NCBI RefSeq assembly: GCF_018389705.1
Contig: NZ_CP065581.1
Coordinates: 810,001 to 842,000, forward strand
Reading direction: 5' to 3'
Length of the DNA stretch: 32,000 nt
From: Mycoplasma mycoides subsp. capri
GTDB taxonomy: Bacteria > Bacillota_I > Bacilli_A > Mycoplasmatales > Mycoplasmataceae
Below the pieces are notes generated by a model. It was not told the DNA's origin, made no database searches, and saw nothing but the letters and a program-made list of their open reading frames with translations. Below, piece after piece: positions 1 through 8,964 of this stretch. Position numbers and translations under genes: made by a program. Within the stretch, counting starts at the first letter, position 1, and every line of letters begins with the position of its first letter.

Positions 1-431
1 TGAACCAAGGTACAATTCAACAAATAGGAACACCTGAAGAAATTTATAATGAACCAGAAAATGCTTGAGTTGCTAACTTTATTGGTAGTTCAAATATTAT
101 TACTGATGGAATCTTTTTAGAAGATAATAAAATTAAATTTGATGGTAAAGTTTTTGAATGTATTGATACTAACTTTGGTGAAAATGAATCATCAATTGAT
201 ATTATTATTAGACCTGAAGATATTATTATTAAAAACCCAAATAACGGATTTTTTAATGCAAAAGTTATTAAAACAACATTTAAAGGAATTCATTGAGAAG
301 TAGTTGTTGAAACTAGTAAAAAAAGACAATGAATTATTCATACAATTAATGAATATGATATTGATCAACAAGTTTCAATTAAATGAAAACCAGCCAATGT
401 TCATGTTATGTGAAAAGAGGTTGATAATTAA
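1..431 (+). CDS. potA: Spermidine/putrescine ABC transporter ATP-binding protein, C-terminal part (5' end lies outside the window)
   Basis: Frame 3 reads ...[29 protein letters not shown]...KWKPANVHVMWKEVDN*. This is a PotA-type C-terminal domain with several in-frame TGA read as Trp. The TAA at 429-431 overlaps the next ATG (TAATG), and potB/potC follow. Confidence 0.85.
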
Positions 432-1423
432 TGGAATCTAAAAATCTAAAAGATAATAATGTAATTGAAAATAAGATTATCAATCAAGATGAATTAGAAC
501 ATGTTATTGAAACTATTGAAAAACAAAAAAAACGTGAATCAGCTAGATTAAAAGTTAAAGACGTTAATCATTATTTATCAAAAACAAAACTATTTCATTT
601 TACAAAAGACAAAGTATGACCAATTTTAGCACCATTTATTTTAGTAATGGTGATTTTAGTGATTCTTCCTTTAGTTTCAATCTTGATTTATGCTTTTATT
701 CAACCAGCAGATGGGATTACATTATTTAAAATTTCTTTTGAAAAATTTGTAAAGTTATTTACAAGTAATGGTATTTTATATTCATTATTTTTATCTATTT
801 TATATGCAATTGTTGCTGGAATGTTATGTGTTTTAATTGGATATCCAATTGCTTTAATGATGGCACAAATGAAATCAAAAATTCTAGCAAGAAACATGTG
901 AGTAATTGTAACAATGCCTATGTGAATTTCTATGCTTTTAAAAGTATTAGGATTACAAACTTTATTTTACTTATTAGCTGATTTTGCAATAGGAACACCA
1001 ATTGCAATTATTATTGGTATGACTTATATGTTTTTACCTTTTGCAATTGCTCCAATTTATGATTCACTAGAGTCAAGACAAACTGATTTAGAAGAAGCTG
1101 CTTTAGATTTAGGAGCTTCAAAATTTAGAACATTTTGATCTATTACTTTAAGATCATCTATGCCTGGAGTATTAACTGCTTTTAGTTTAGTTTTAGTTCA
1201 AGCTGCTACTAGTTTGATTGTTGTTCATTATATGGGTGGAGGACGAATTTATTTAGTTTCTGCTGCTATTGAATCTTATTTTTTCCAAGGAAATGACTTT
1301 GGATATGGTGCTGCTGTTTCAGTAGTTTTAGCTATTTTAGTATTTGGTTTAATGCTTGTTATGAAACTAATTAGTAATAAATTTGAAATGAAAGGAAATA
1401 AAAGAAAATGAAAAAACTCTTAA
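431..1423 (+). CDS. potB: Spermidine/putrescine ABC transporter permease PotB
   Basis: Track ORFs 431-619, 647-901, 932-1138 and 1160-1411 share one frame and are joined only by TGA codons. The EAA-loop motif is [28 protein letters not shown]. Under code 4 the TGA at 1409 is Trp, and the true stop is TAA at 1421-1423, overlapping potC by 16 nt. Confidence 0.9.
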
Positions 1424-4400
1424 AAAGAAGTTATTTTGCTTTTGTTTTGCTATTTATTTATGCACCCATTTTAGCAATGGTAGTTTTTTCATTTAACAAT
1501 GGAGATACTACTATTAAATGAACTCATGCTAGTTTTTCTTGATATGAATCATTTTTTAAAAATTCCCCTTTTATAAAATCAATTATTACTTCTTTATTTG
1601 TTGCTGTAATTTCAACAATAGTTTCACTAGTAATTGGAACTTTAGCAGCAATTGGATTAAGTAGAGTTAGTAGAGTAACTAGAAATAAATGAGTTTCAGT
1701 TGCAAATATTCCTTTAATTAATGCTGATGTAATTACAGCTGTATCATTAATGATTGTGTTTTTAATTATGGGATTAAAATTTGGGTTATTAACTTTAATT
1801 ATGGCCCATATTTCATTTAATGTTCCTTATGTTTTAGTTACTATTATGCCTAGATTAAAAAAAATTGATCCAAGCTTAATTGATGCTAGTTATGATTTAG
1901 GAGCTAAAAATCATCAAGTAATGTTTAAAGTAATATTACCTATTTTAAAACCAGCAATTATTACTGCTGCCGCTATTGCTTTTGCAATGAGTTTTGATGA
2001 CTTTATTATTTCTTATTTTACTGGTGGTATGCAAACTAATGTTTCAACATTTATTTATACTGCTAAAAAAACTAGACCATTTATTTTTGTTTTTGGTACT
2101 TGTTTAGTTTTAGTGATTGCTTTATCAATTATTACTTGAAATGCTATTAATTTAATTAAACAATCTCGTTTAGAAACAAAACAAAAATTAATTAATAATA
2201 ATTACAAACTAAAGACAATTTCTAAATTAAATAAACAATTAGATGAGCTAAATCAAATTTTAAAAACTAAAACTATTATTAAAAAATCTCATAATCTTTC
2301 TTTATGAATTAAATACTTTATTTTAAAAACTAAACTTTATTTTTATAAGTTAAAAAGCTTAGATAAAAAGATTTCTAAACTTCAATGAAAACAATATAAA
2401 TTAAAATCAAAAATTCAAAAAGAAGAAAGATATTATTCAAGATTAAAAAAATCAGAAAAAAAATTAAAACAATTAATTAAACAATTTAGTAGTGAAAAAG
2501 ATGTTAAAAAAGCTGCTAAATTAAGTTTACAAATTGAAACTTTACAAGAAAAAGTAGAATTTTTAAAAGATCAAATTGAAGTAATTAAAGAACGTGAACA
2601 AACTGCTAATTTAAAAGTTAAAAAATTACAAAATAAAATTAAATTATTAAAACAAGATCTATCTGAAGAAGTTAATCCTTCAAAAAAAACTATTAATTGA
2701 TACAATAAAAAAATTAAATATTTTGAAGAATGAATTATTGAACTTGAAGAAGGTAAAGATTATTACAAACTAAAATTAGTTGTTGAAAAATTAAAAGATT
2801 TAAAAAATATTAAAAATAATAAAATTAGTGATTTAACTGATCAATTAAATGAATTAATCAATAGAATTTATGTTCCAGTTTTAATTACTAAAGATATTGA
2901 TTTAAAAATTCAAAATACAACTGATATTGAATTATTAAATAATTTAAATCATAAAAGAGAAGTAATTATTGATAAATTTACTAAACTTTATAATCAAAAA
3001 ATTGATAAAACCACACTTTTAATTCAAAAAGTAAATCAAAAGACTGATAAGTTAAAAACTAGATTACTACCAAGTAGTGATGAAAATGCTTCTCATTTTA
3101 AATCATTTATATCAAGATCTTGAAAAGCTATTTTAATTACATTTATTGGAATTGGAGCTTTTAGTGGATTAACTGCTGCTTATGTTTTAAATAATATTTA
3201 TGATTTAGTTGTTGCTAATTGAGGAGAATATATTGATCCCTCATTAATTGGTGAATTTGAACAACAAGCAAGTCAAAAACATAACAGAAGAATTAGAATT
3301 AATTATCAAATTTATAATTCAAATGAAATTTTATACAATAAACTTCATACAGTTGATTATGATATTATGATCCCAAGTGATTATATGGTTCAAAGACTAG
3401 CTTCAGAAAACTATTTGCAAAAAATAGATTATAGTAAGTTAAATATTTGAGGCGAATTTAACGGACATAATTTTAACAAAGATATTAAATCTAAAGATTT
3501 TGAAAAACTAAAAGTAAATAAAAGTTTATTAGAATTAATGGCTAAATCTCCTATTCATTTAGAAGATGAAACAAAAGAAGTAATAACTAAGAATCCTAAT
3601 GGTACATATTTGAGTACTAATTCTATTCTTGATTATTCAATTCCATACTTATGAGGAGATCTTGTAATTGTTGTTAACCCAACACAAGAAAATATTAAAT
3701 TTTTAGAAGATAATCAAATTAAATTTAAAAATCAAAAAGATGATGAAAATAATAGTGAAAATAAAGTAGAAATTGAAAACTCTACATTATCTTGAGACAT
3801 TTTATGAAAAGCTGCTGCTGCTGGTAAAAAAGTAGCTTTAAATAACGATCCTAAAAATGTATTTATGTTAGGTTCTCAAAAACTTTATCAAAAAGTTAAC
3901 TTAACTAAAAAATCAGAAATTGATGAAGTTGGTAAAGAATTATCTAAATTATTATCAAATAGTGGTGTTTCATTGCATAGTGATGATCTAATTAGTTTAG
4001 TAGTTAGAGAAAAATTCGACTTTGCTGTTATGTATAATGGTGATGCTGCTTATGCTAATTATGTTCATAATGAAGGTGATGAAGATTATGAAAAAGCAGG
4101 TAATAGTATCAATTTCATTTATGGAAGACCAAATAAGAAAAATGAAAAAAATAATAGACATGAATCAACTAATGTCTTTTCAGATAATATAGTTCTTTAT
4201 AAAGATGCTCAAAATCTTGACTTAGCATATGAATTTATTAATTTCTTATATGAAAATTCAACAAAAATATCTGATTATGTTGGTGTAACTTCACCATTAG
4301 ATTCAGCAATTGAAGAAATGACTGCTGCTTCTAAAGGAGAAAATGGAGAAGATGAAGGTGGAACATATCAAGATTTTAAAAATATCTATGATCCAATAAC

Positions 4401-4518
4401 TCATCAAAATAATGGTAGCAAGTATGAGACTAATAACGAACAATTATCATTTACATACAATGGTAAAATTGATGAATATCTAGTTAATAGTTTTAATAAT
4501 TTACTAGCTAATAAATAG
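1408..4518 (+). CDS. potCD: Fused polyamine ABC permease PotC, long Lys/Glu-rich helical linker, extra TM helix and PotD-like periplasmic-type substrate-binding domain (1036 aa)
   Basis: Starts at ATG 1408 ([33 protein letters not shown]...). I checked the frame codon by codon from 2101 to 3865 and found no TAA/TAG. The PotC EAA motif is LIDASYDLGAKNHQVMFKVILPILKP. The linker spans about 2140-3120, followed by the TM helix KAILITFIGIGAFSGLTAAYVL (3124-3189). The SBP-like domain then runs to TAA/TAG at 4516-4518 (YDIMIPSDYMVQRL, IPYLWGDLVIVVN). Confidence 0.88.
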
Positions 4519-4524
4519 AAAATA

Positions 4525-4549
4525 CCTTGGAAAATTCCAAGGTTTTTTT
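4525..4549 (+). terminator. Rho-independent terminator after potCD
   Basis: CCTTGGAA-AA-TTCCAAGG palindrome followed by T7, 7 nt after the stop codon. Confidence 0.8.
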
Positions 4550-4721
4550 ATACACTTTTTAAAAAAAATAAGACATAGATTAGATGAACTATTTATAAAT
4601 TTTTAAAGTGCTTATACCTAGCTGACACATACCTTACTTAAAATTAGCAAGAAACTAAATAATCTAAATATATTCTTTAAGTTTATCAGCTCTATAAAAA
4701 TATTCTATAAATATTTGACAA

Positions 4722-4800
4722 AATAAAAAGCCAGAGGTGCGTACACTTATCTGGCGATAGTTTGGCCGGGGTGACGTACACTTTACCGACATGATCCTTA
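4722..4800 (-). ncRNA. Candidate structured small RNA or elaborate 3' terminator (GC-rich twin-hairpin element)
   Basis: By my count 4730-4797 is about 54% G+C, in a very AT-rich context. On the minus strand GCCAGA-UAA-GUG(UACG)CAC-C-UCUGGC (4755-4730) is followed by UUUUUAUUUU. A second copy of the AAGUGUACG(U)CACC hairpin unit lies at 4783-4770. A possible extended -10 (TGCTATTAT) sits on the minus strand at about 4814-4806. No family identification could be made by eye. Confidence 0.35.
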
Positions 4801-4863
4801 TTCATATAATAGCATATTACTTTTATATATAAATGTTTTTTTATTATTTTGTAAATTTATTAA

Positions 4864-5825
4864 TTATAGTTGATAAAAACTTTCTAATTTTATTCCCATT
4901 TCCTTTAATATATCACCAAATTTAATAGTTTTAAATCTATTTTGAAATTTAGTAAAAATCTCTAATAAATCTTTTTTTAGTAGGGCAAAACTTTTTTCTA
5001 TTAAAACTACTTTTAAAAACAAGACAACAGATATGAGTTTAGAACCATCATAGTCACTATATTCTAGTAACTTTGAAATGTCTTTTGTTTTTACCCTATC
5101 AAATTGAGCGTTATACATTCTTTCTTCATGCGCACAAATATTTCTTGCTAAATTTAATATTTTTAATCCAGACAAAAAGGTTTCACTTCTAAATTTAGTT
5201 GGAATAACTTTCTTATTATTTTGATTCAAAAATCTCATTACATAAAAAAGTATAATTTGATTTCTATCTTCATCTTTTAGAATTTTAAACATAAATGACA
5301 TATTACCAAAAGACATAATATTAACTGCAACTCATAAAGGGATATGACCATAATTTTCTATGTAATGCCTAATATAGTTAGATTTTTCACTTTTTGAAAC
5401 TATTATATTATTAATAGAAGATATAAAATTTAAAACTTCTACATAGTTATCTTTATAATTTTCTGGATACAAATATGAATCTATTCTATTATCTTTGTTA
5501 TATTTTTTACTAAAATTATATGCAATTGTAGTTTTAAAGTCTCTTTCAAAAATTAATATGTATTTTAATAAAATAGATCTTAATTCTCTATCAAATAAAA
5601 ATAGTGAATATAGTTCATCAAAAGTTGTATTTTCTACAAATACATCTTCTTTACCATTTAAAGTATTTTTAATAAGTCTTTATAACCATTAACGATATTA
5701 TAATAATTTTCTTGTTTTAATATTTCTATTGCTTTTTGTTCATCTTTAATTATTAATCCACGAGATTTTAAAATTTCAATTTGTTCTCCAAAAGTTTTAA
5801 ATTCTTTTGATCTTTTCATATTCAT
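4864..5825 (-). pseudogene. Abi_2 family (AbiD/AbiF-like abortive-infection) protein gene, interrupted by a 1-nt frameshift
   Basis: The N-terminal frame from ATG 5825 reads MNMKRSKEFKTFGEQIEILKSRGLIIKDEQKAIEILKQENYYNIVNGYKDLLKIL*. The other frame continues ...KNTLNGKEDVFVENTTFDELYSLFLFDRELRSILLKYILIFERDFK...IPLWVAVNIMSFGNMSFMF...LARNICAHEERMYN... to TAA at 4864-4866. The frames join if the T5/A5 run at 5666-5670 gains one base (DLLKNTLNG). The distance from 5825 to 4866 is 959 nt, not a multiple of 3. Confidence 0.8.
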
Positions 5826-5892
5826 CTTCTTTCTGTTATAACTAGATTTTTATAAATATAACTTCTCTTTATTTACTATATTAGAGAAACAT

Positions 5893-5925
5893 AAAAAAAC
5901 AATTTCTTTTTTTAGAAATTGTTTT
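5893..5925 (-). terminator. Rho-independent terminator after the chromate-transporter pair
   Basis: Minus strand reads AACAATTTCT-AAAAAA-AGAAATTGTT followed by T7, 28 nt downstream of the stop at 5953. Confidence 0.8.
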
Positions 5926-5952
5926 AACTAAATATTTTATTAAATTATTTTT

Positions 5953-6630
5953 TTATCCTAATCAAGGTTCAAATAATATTAAACAAAATATAATATTTGC
6001 AAATATTAACCCAAAAATAGGAACTTTCTTAAGATATAAAAATAAACTTATAATAATTCCAATTGGAACATAACAATATAATGCAATTAGTCTTCAACCT
6101 GTAAAAAACTTCATACTATAGCTTGGTTTATTTGGATCTATAAACTTTCAATATTCACTAACTGATTCATTAAATACAAAGTATGGAAACATACAACTTA
6201 TAAATATTTCAATAGCTAAAGCAATAATAATTCCAGCAACAACAGGATTCATAATATCAATTAATTTTTTAAAAAATGTTGATTGATGAAATTTTTGAGA
6301 ATATTTTATAGCAATCATCATCATAAAAATAGCAGGTAAAACGAATGCTAAATAAGTAAAAATCATTGCAACAAATCCTCATCATTGACCTTGAGCAATC
6401 ATATATCCAGTAATTGCTGCAAACTTTGGACTTAAAATTCCTGGTGTTGAATTTGATACAGCAAAAACTGTATTTATAAATTCTTCAGAAATTTCAATTT
6501 TAAATCAACTATTTAATGATTTTCATAATCACACAAATATTGGCATAAAAACTTGACCACCACCAAATACTGATAATGAAACAAATACTAATAAAACTAA
6601 TGTAACTAAAAAAGCAATAAAACTTAACAT
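5953..6630 (-). CDS. chrA: Chromate ion transporter (CHR) family protein, short single-domain form (225 aa)
   Basis: Starts at ATG 6630: MLSFIAFLVTLVLLVFVSLSVFGGGQVFMPIF...STPGILSPKF... The frame was checked for TAA/TAG across 5953-6630. Track ORF 6148-6366 is an internal fragment bounded by TGA. The ATG overlaps the upstream gene's stop (TAATG). Confidence 0.8.
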
Positions 6631-7249
6631 TATTTCATTCCTTTCTTAATTTCATTTGATTCGATCTTTTTTGATTTTTTACTTCTAATTATAAAAATAG
6701 TTGAATAAATTGCTATTACTAAAATCATTACTAAAACTGGAACATTATAAGGCGTTGGAACAAATAAAGAAAATAATAAGGTAGTAAAAAATAATACTAA
6801 TCACAAACTTAATTTCATTACTTTTTTTCCTTTTTTAAAATAGTTATAACCAAATCCTAATAACGCTCCTGTAATTGCTATTAATACACCAAGCTGAACA
6901 ACTACTAAATATTGAGTAGGTATTTTATTAAAAGCAAAAATTAAACCTACAGCAAAAAAAGTATGTGGCATTGAAGCTAAACTAACAACTAAATAAGCTT
7001 TAAATTTAGATAAAGATTTAAAAGCAATATATGCTGTTGTTTGAATAGCAGCTGGTCCTGGTAACATATTTGTTAAGACCACATTTTGATGAAATTCATC
7101 TTCATCTAATCATTTTACTTATCAACAGCATATCTTTTAATCACTGGCATAATTGCATTTCCACCACCAAAACCAACAAAAGTAATTAATAATATAAATA
7201 GAAAAATATTTCAAAATGTTGGTGGTTTTGTATATTCTTTTTTATTCAT
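6630..7249 (-). pseudogene. chrA: Chromate ion transporter (CHR) family protein, short form, interrupted by a 1-nt frameshift
   Basis: From ATG 7249 the frame reads MNKKEYTKPPTFWNIFLFILLITFVGFGGGNAIMPVIKRYAVDK and hits TAA at 7115-7117. The -1 frame opens at 7118 (VKWLDEDEFHQNVVLTNMLPGPAAIQTTAYIAF...) and runs to TAA at 6630-6632. The total of 620 nt is not divisible by 3. Both halves carry CHR-family motifs (GGGxAxxP, LPGPxA). Confidence 0.7.
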
Positions 7250-7364
7250 AAAAATCCTATATTTTGTCTTATCTAATTAAATATTATAAAAATATAATAT
7301 TAAATTGTTAAAAACATCTTACTTAGTAAGTTAATATGAATTTTAAAATCGTTTTTAAAAACTC

Positions 7365-7547
7365 ATAAGAAAAAAATGTGTAAATGCACAGAAATTCCTT
7401 GTACTAATTGAGGCATTATCTTATTTTAAGAGTTTTTCATAAGGAAAAAGTGTGTAAATGCACAGAAATTCCTTATAGTATAAAGTCCTTATTCTACTTT
7501 TTAGTATAATAATAAGGAAAAAGTGTGTAAATACACAGAAATTCCTT
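7365..7547 (+). repeat. Three direct 36-bp repeats with internal dyad symmetry, separated by 38- and 37-bp spacers
   Basis: Copies are at 7365-7400 (ATAAGAAAAAAATGTGTAAATGCACAGAAATTCCTT), 7439-7474 (ATAAGGAAAAAGTGTGTAAATGCACAGAAATTCCTT) and 7512-7547 (ATAAGGAAAAAGTGTGTAAATACACAGAAATTCCTT). Copies 1 and 3 differ from copy 2 by 2 and 1 mismatches. Nested inverted repeats are AAGGAA/TTCCTT and TGTGTA-AA-T(G/A)CACA. Copy 3 lies between a TATAAT box (7505-7510) and the ATPase RBS. Confidence 0.9.
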
Positions 7548-7556
7548 GAGGTGTTT

Positions 7557-8852
7557 ATGATAATAAATAGAGACTTTTACTTAAATCAGTTGATAAATAA
7601 AATGAACAACAACAAAATAAAAATAATTACTGGAATTAGAAGATGTGGTAAGTCATTTTTATTATTTAATTTATTTTACAAATATTTAATTTCTATAAAT
7701 ATCCCATCTGATCAAATTATAAAAATATCTCTAGATGGTTATGATAATAGAATGTATAGAACACCTACTAATTTAAATAACTTTATAAAAAGTAAAATAA
7801 CAAATAAAAATAAAAAATATTATTTATTAATTGATGAAATTCAATATTGTGAACCAGAAATAAATGAGTTTGCTCCAAATACAGAAAAAATTACTTTTGT
7901 AGATGTTCTTTTAAGTTTTTATAATAATCCAAATCTTGATGTTTATGTAACTGGAAGTAATTCAAAAATGCTATCTACAGATATACTTACTCAATTTAGA
8001 GGTAGGGGTGATGAAATATCTTTAAATACTTTATCTTTTTTTGAAATATATGAACTATTTGAAAACAAAGACAAGGCATTAAAACACTATATGTTATATG
8101 GTGGGTTACCAGCTATTTATAATCTAAAAACAGATGAAGAAAAACAAAAGTATTTAAAAAATACATTTGATGAAACATATATTAAAGATATATTAGAAAG
8201 AAATTCTCTTACTAGTGAAACTGGTGAAATTCTAGATACTTTGTTAAATTTTATCTCTTCAGCAATTGGATCATTAACAAATCCCTTAAGACTTGCAAAT
8301 CGTTTTATGTCTGAAAAAAATATTAAAATCAATTCTACAACCATATCAAAATATTTAAATATCTTTAAAGAATCTTTTTTAATTAGAAGCTCTATTAGAT
8401 ATGATGTAAAAGGTAACAAATATTTTAACACACCTTTAAAATATTATTTTACTGATATTGGTTTAAGAAATGCAAAACTAAGCTTTAGACAATATGAAGA
8501 AAACCACATTATGGAAAATATTATTTATAACGAACTTTATAGAAGAGATTTTAATATTGATATAGGAATTGTTGAAATACAACAAAATAAAAATAATAAA
8601 AGAACAAGAACAACACTAGAAATAGATTTTATAGCAAGTAAAAATCATCAAAAATATTATATTCAATCAGCATATAGTATTTGAGATTCTAAAAAAAAAG
8701 AACAAGAAACAAGACCACTAAATAATGTAAATGATAGTTTTAAAAAAATTGTTGTTGTATATGAAGATATAATTCCATGACATGATAATGATGGTATTTA
8801 TTATGTTGGTTTAAAAGAATTTTTATTAGATGAATCTATTTTAAATAATTAA
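7557..8852 (+). CDS. AAA+ ATPase of the AAA_14/DUF4143 type (COG1373-like), 431 aa
   Basis: SD GAGGTG (7548-7553) precedes ATG 7557. Walker A is ITGIRRCGKSFLL and Walker B is YYLLIDEIQ. The C-terminal part has the nuclease-fold-like LEIDFIASK motif typical of DUF4143. The TGA at 8682 and a later one are read as Trp, and the stop is TAA at 8850-8852. Confidence 0.8.
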
Positions 8853-8964
8853 AAAAGCTTTTTAATATTGATTTTAACAATAATATTAAACTTTATAATA
8901 CTGATTAAATTTCTTTATAATTAATGTTAAGGTCAAATCATTTTTAAAATAGATAGGAGAATAT

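Noticed and set aside
4620-4660. Tiny minus-strand ORF (MCQLGISTLKIYK) downstream of the GC-rich element
   Set aside because: It is only 13 codons long with a marginal RBS, and conservation cannot be assessed. It is not supportable from sequence alone.
4722-4800. SRP (4.5S/ffs) RNA, given the size of about 80 nt and the GC-rich hairpins
   Set aside because: The universally conserved helix-8 features are absent on both strands: the GNAR tetraloop flanked by the AGCA/GGA symmetric-loop motifs. The 5' and 3' ends also do not pair into a single long hairpin.
7110-7125. Programmed ribosomal frameshift joining the two chrA frames
   Set aside because: The required shift is -1, but there is no X XXY YYZ slippery heptamer. 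A prfB-like +1 shift at AAG-TAA would land in the wrong frame. A simple 1-nt deletion is more parsimonious.
7365-7547. A bona fide CRISPR array (36-bp repeats with 37-38-bp spacers)
   Set aside because: There are only three repeats. Both outer copies are degenerate, and the last repeat directly abuts a gene's RBS. The repeat does not resemble the GTTTTAG-type repeats of Mollicutes type II systems, and no cas genes are in the window. I kept it only as a low-probability alternative in the findings.
8117-8431. Minus-strand ORF inside the ATPase gene; the same applies to 700-897(-), 5495-5692(+) and 18441-18629(+)
   Set aside because: All are antisense to genes with clear family motifs (Walker boxes, EAA loops, Abi_2 motifs). 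They are chance ORFs in AT-rich sequence with no translation signals.
4550-8860. Integrative mobile element (ICE, IS or prophage) explaining the accessory block
   Set aside because: I could find no integrase, transposase or recombinase ORF, no terminal inverted repeats, and no flanking direct repeats or adjacent tRNA.
8850-8866. TTAAAAAGCTTTTTAA palindrome after the ATPase gene, considered as a terminator
   Set aside because: The stem is almost entirely A:T with a 2-nt centre and no clear downstream T-run beyond the stem itself. This is too weak to call.
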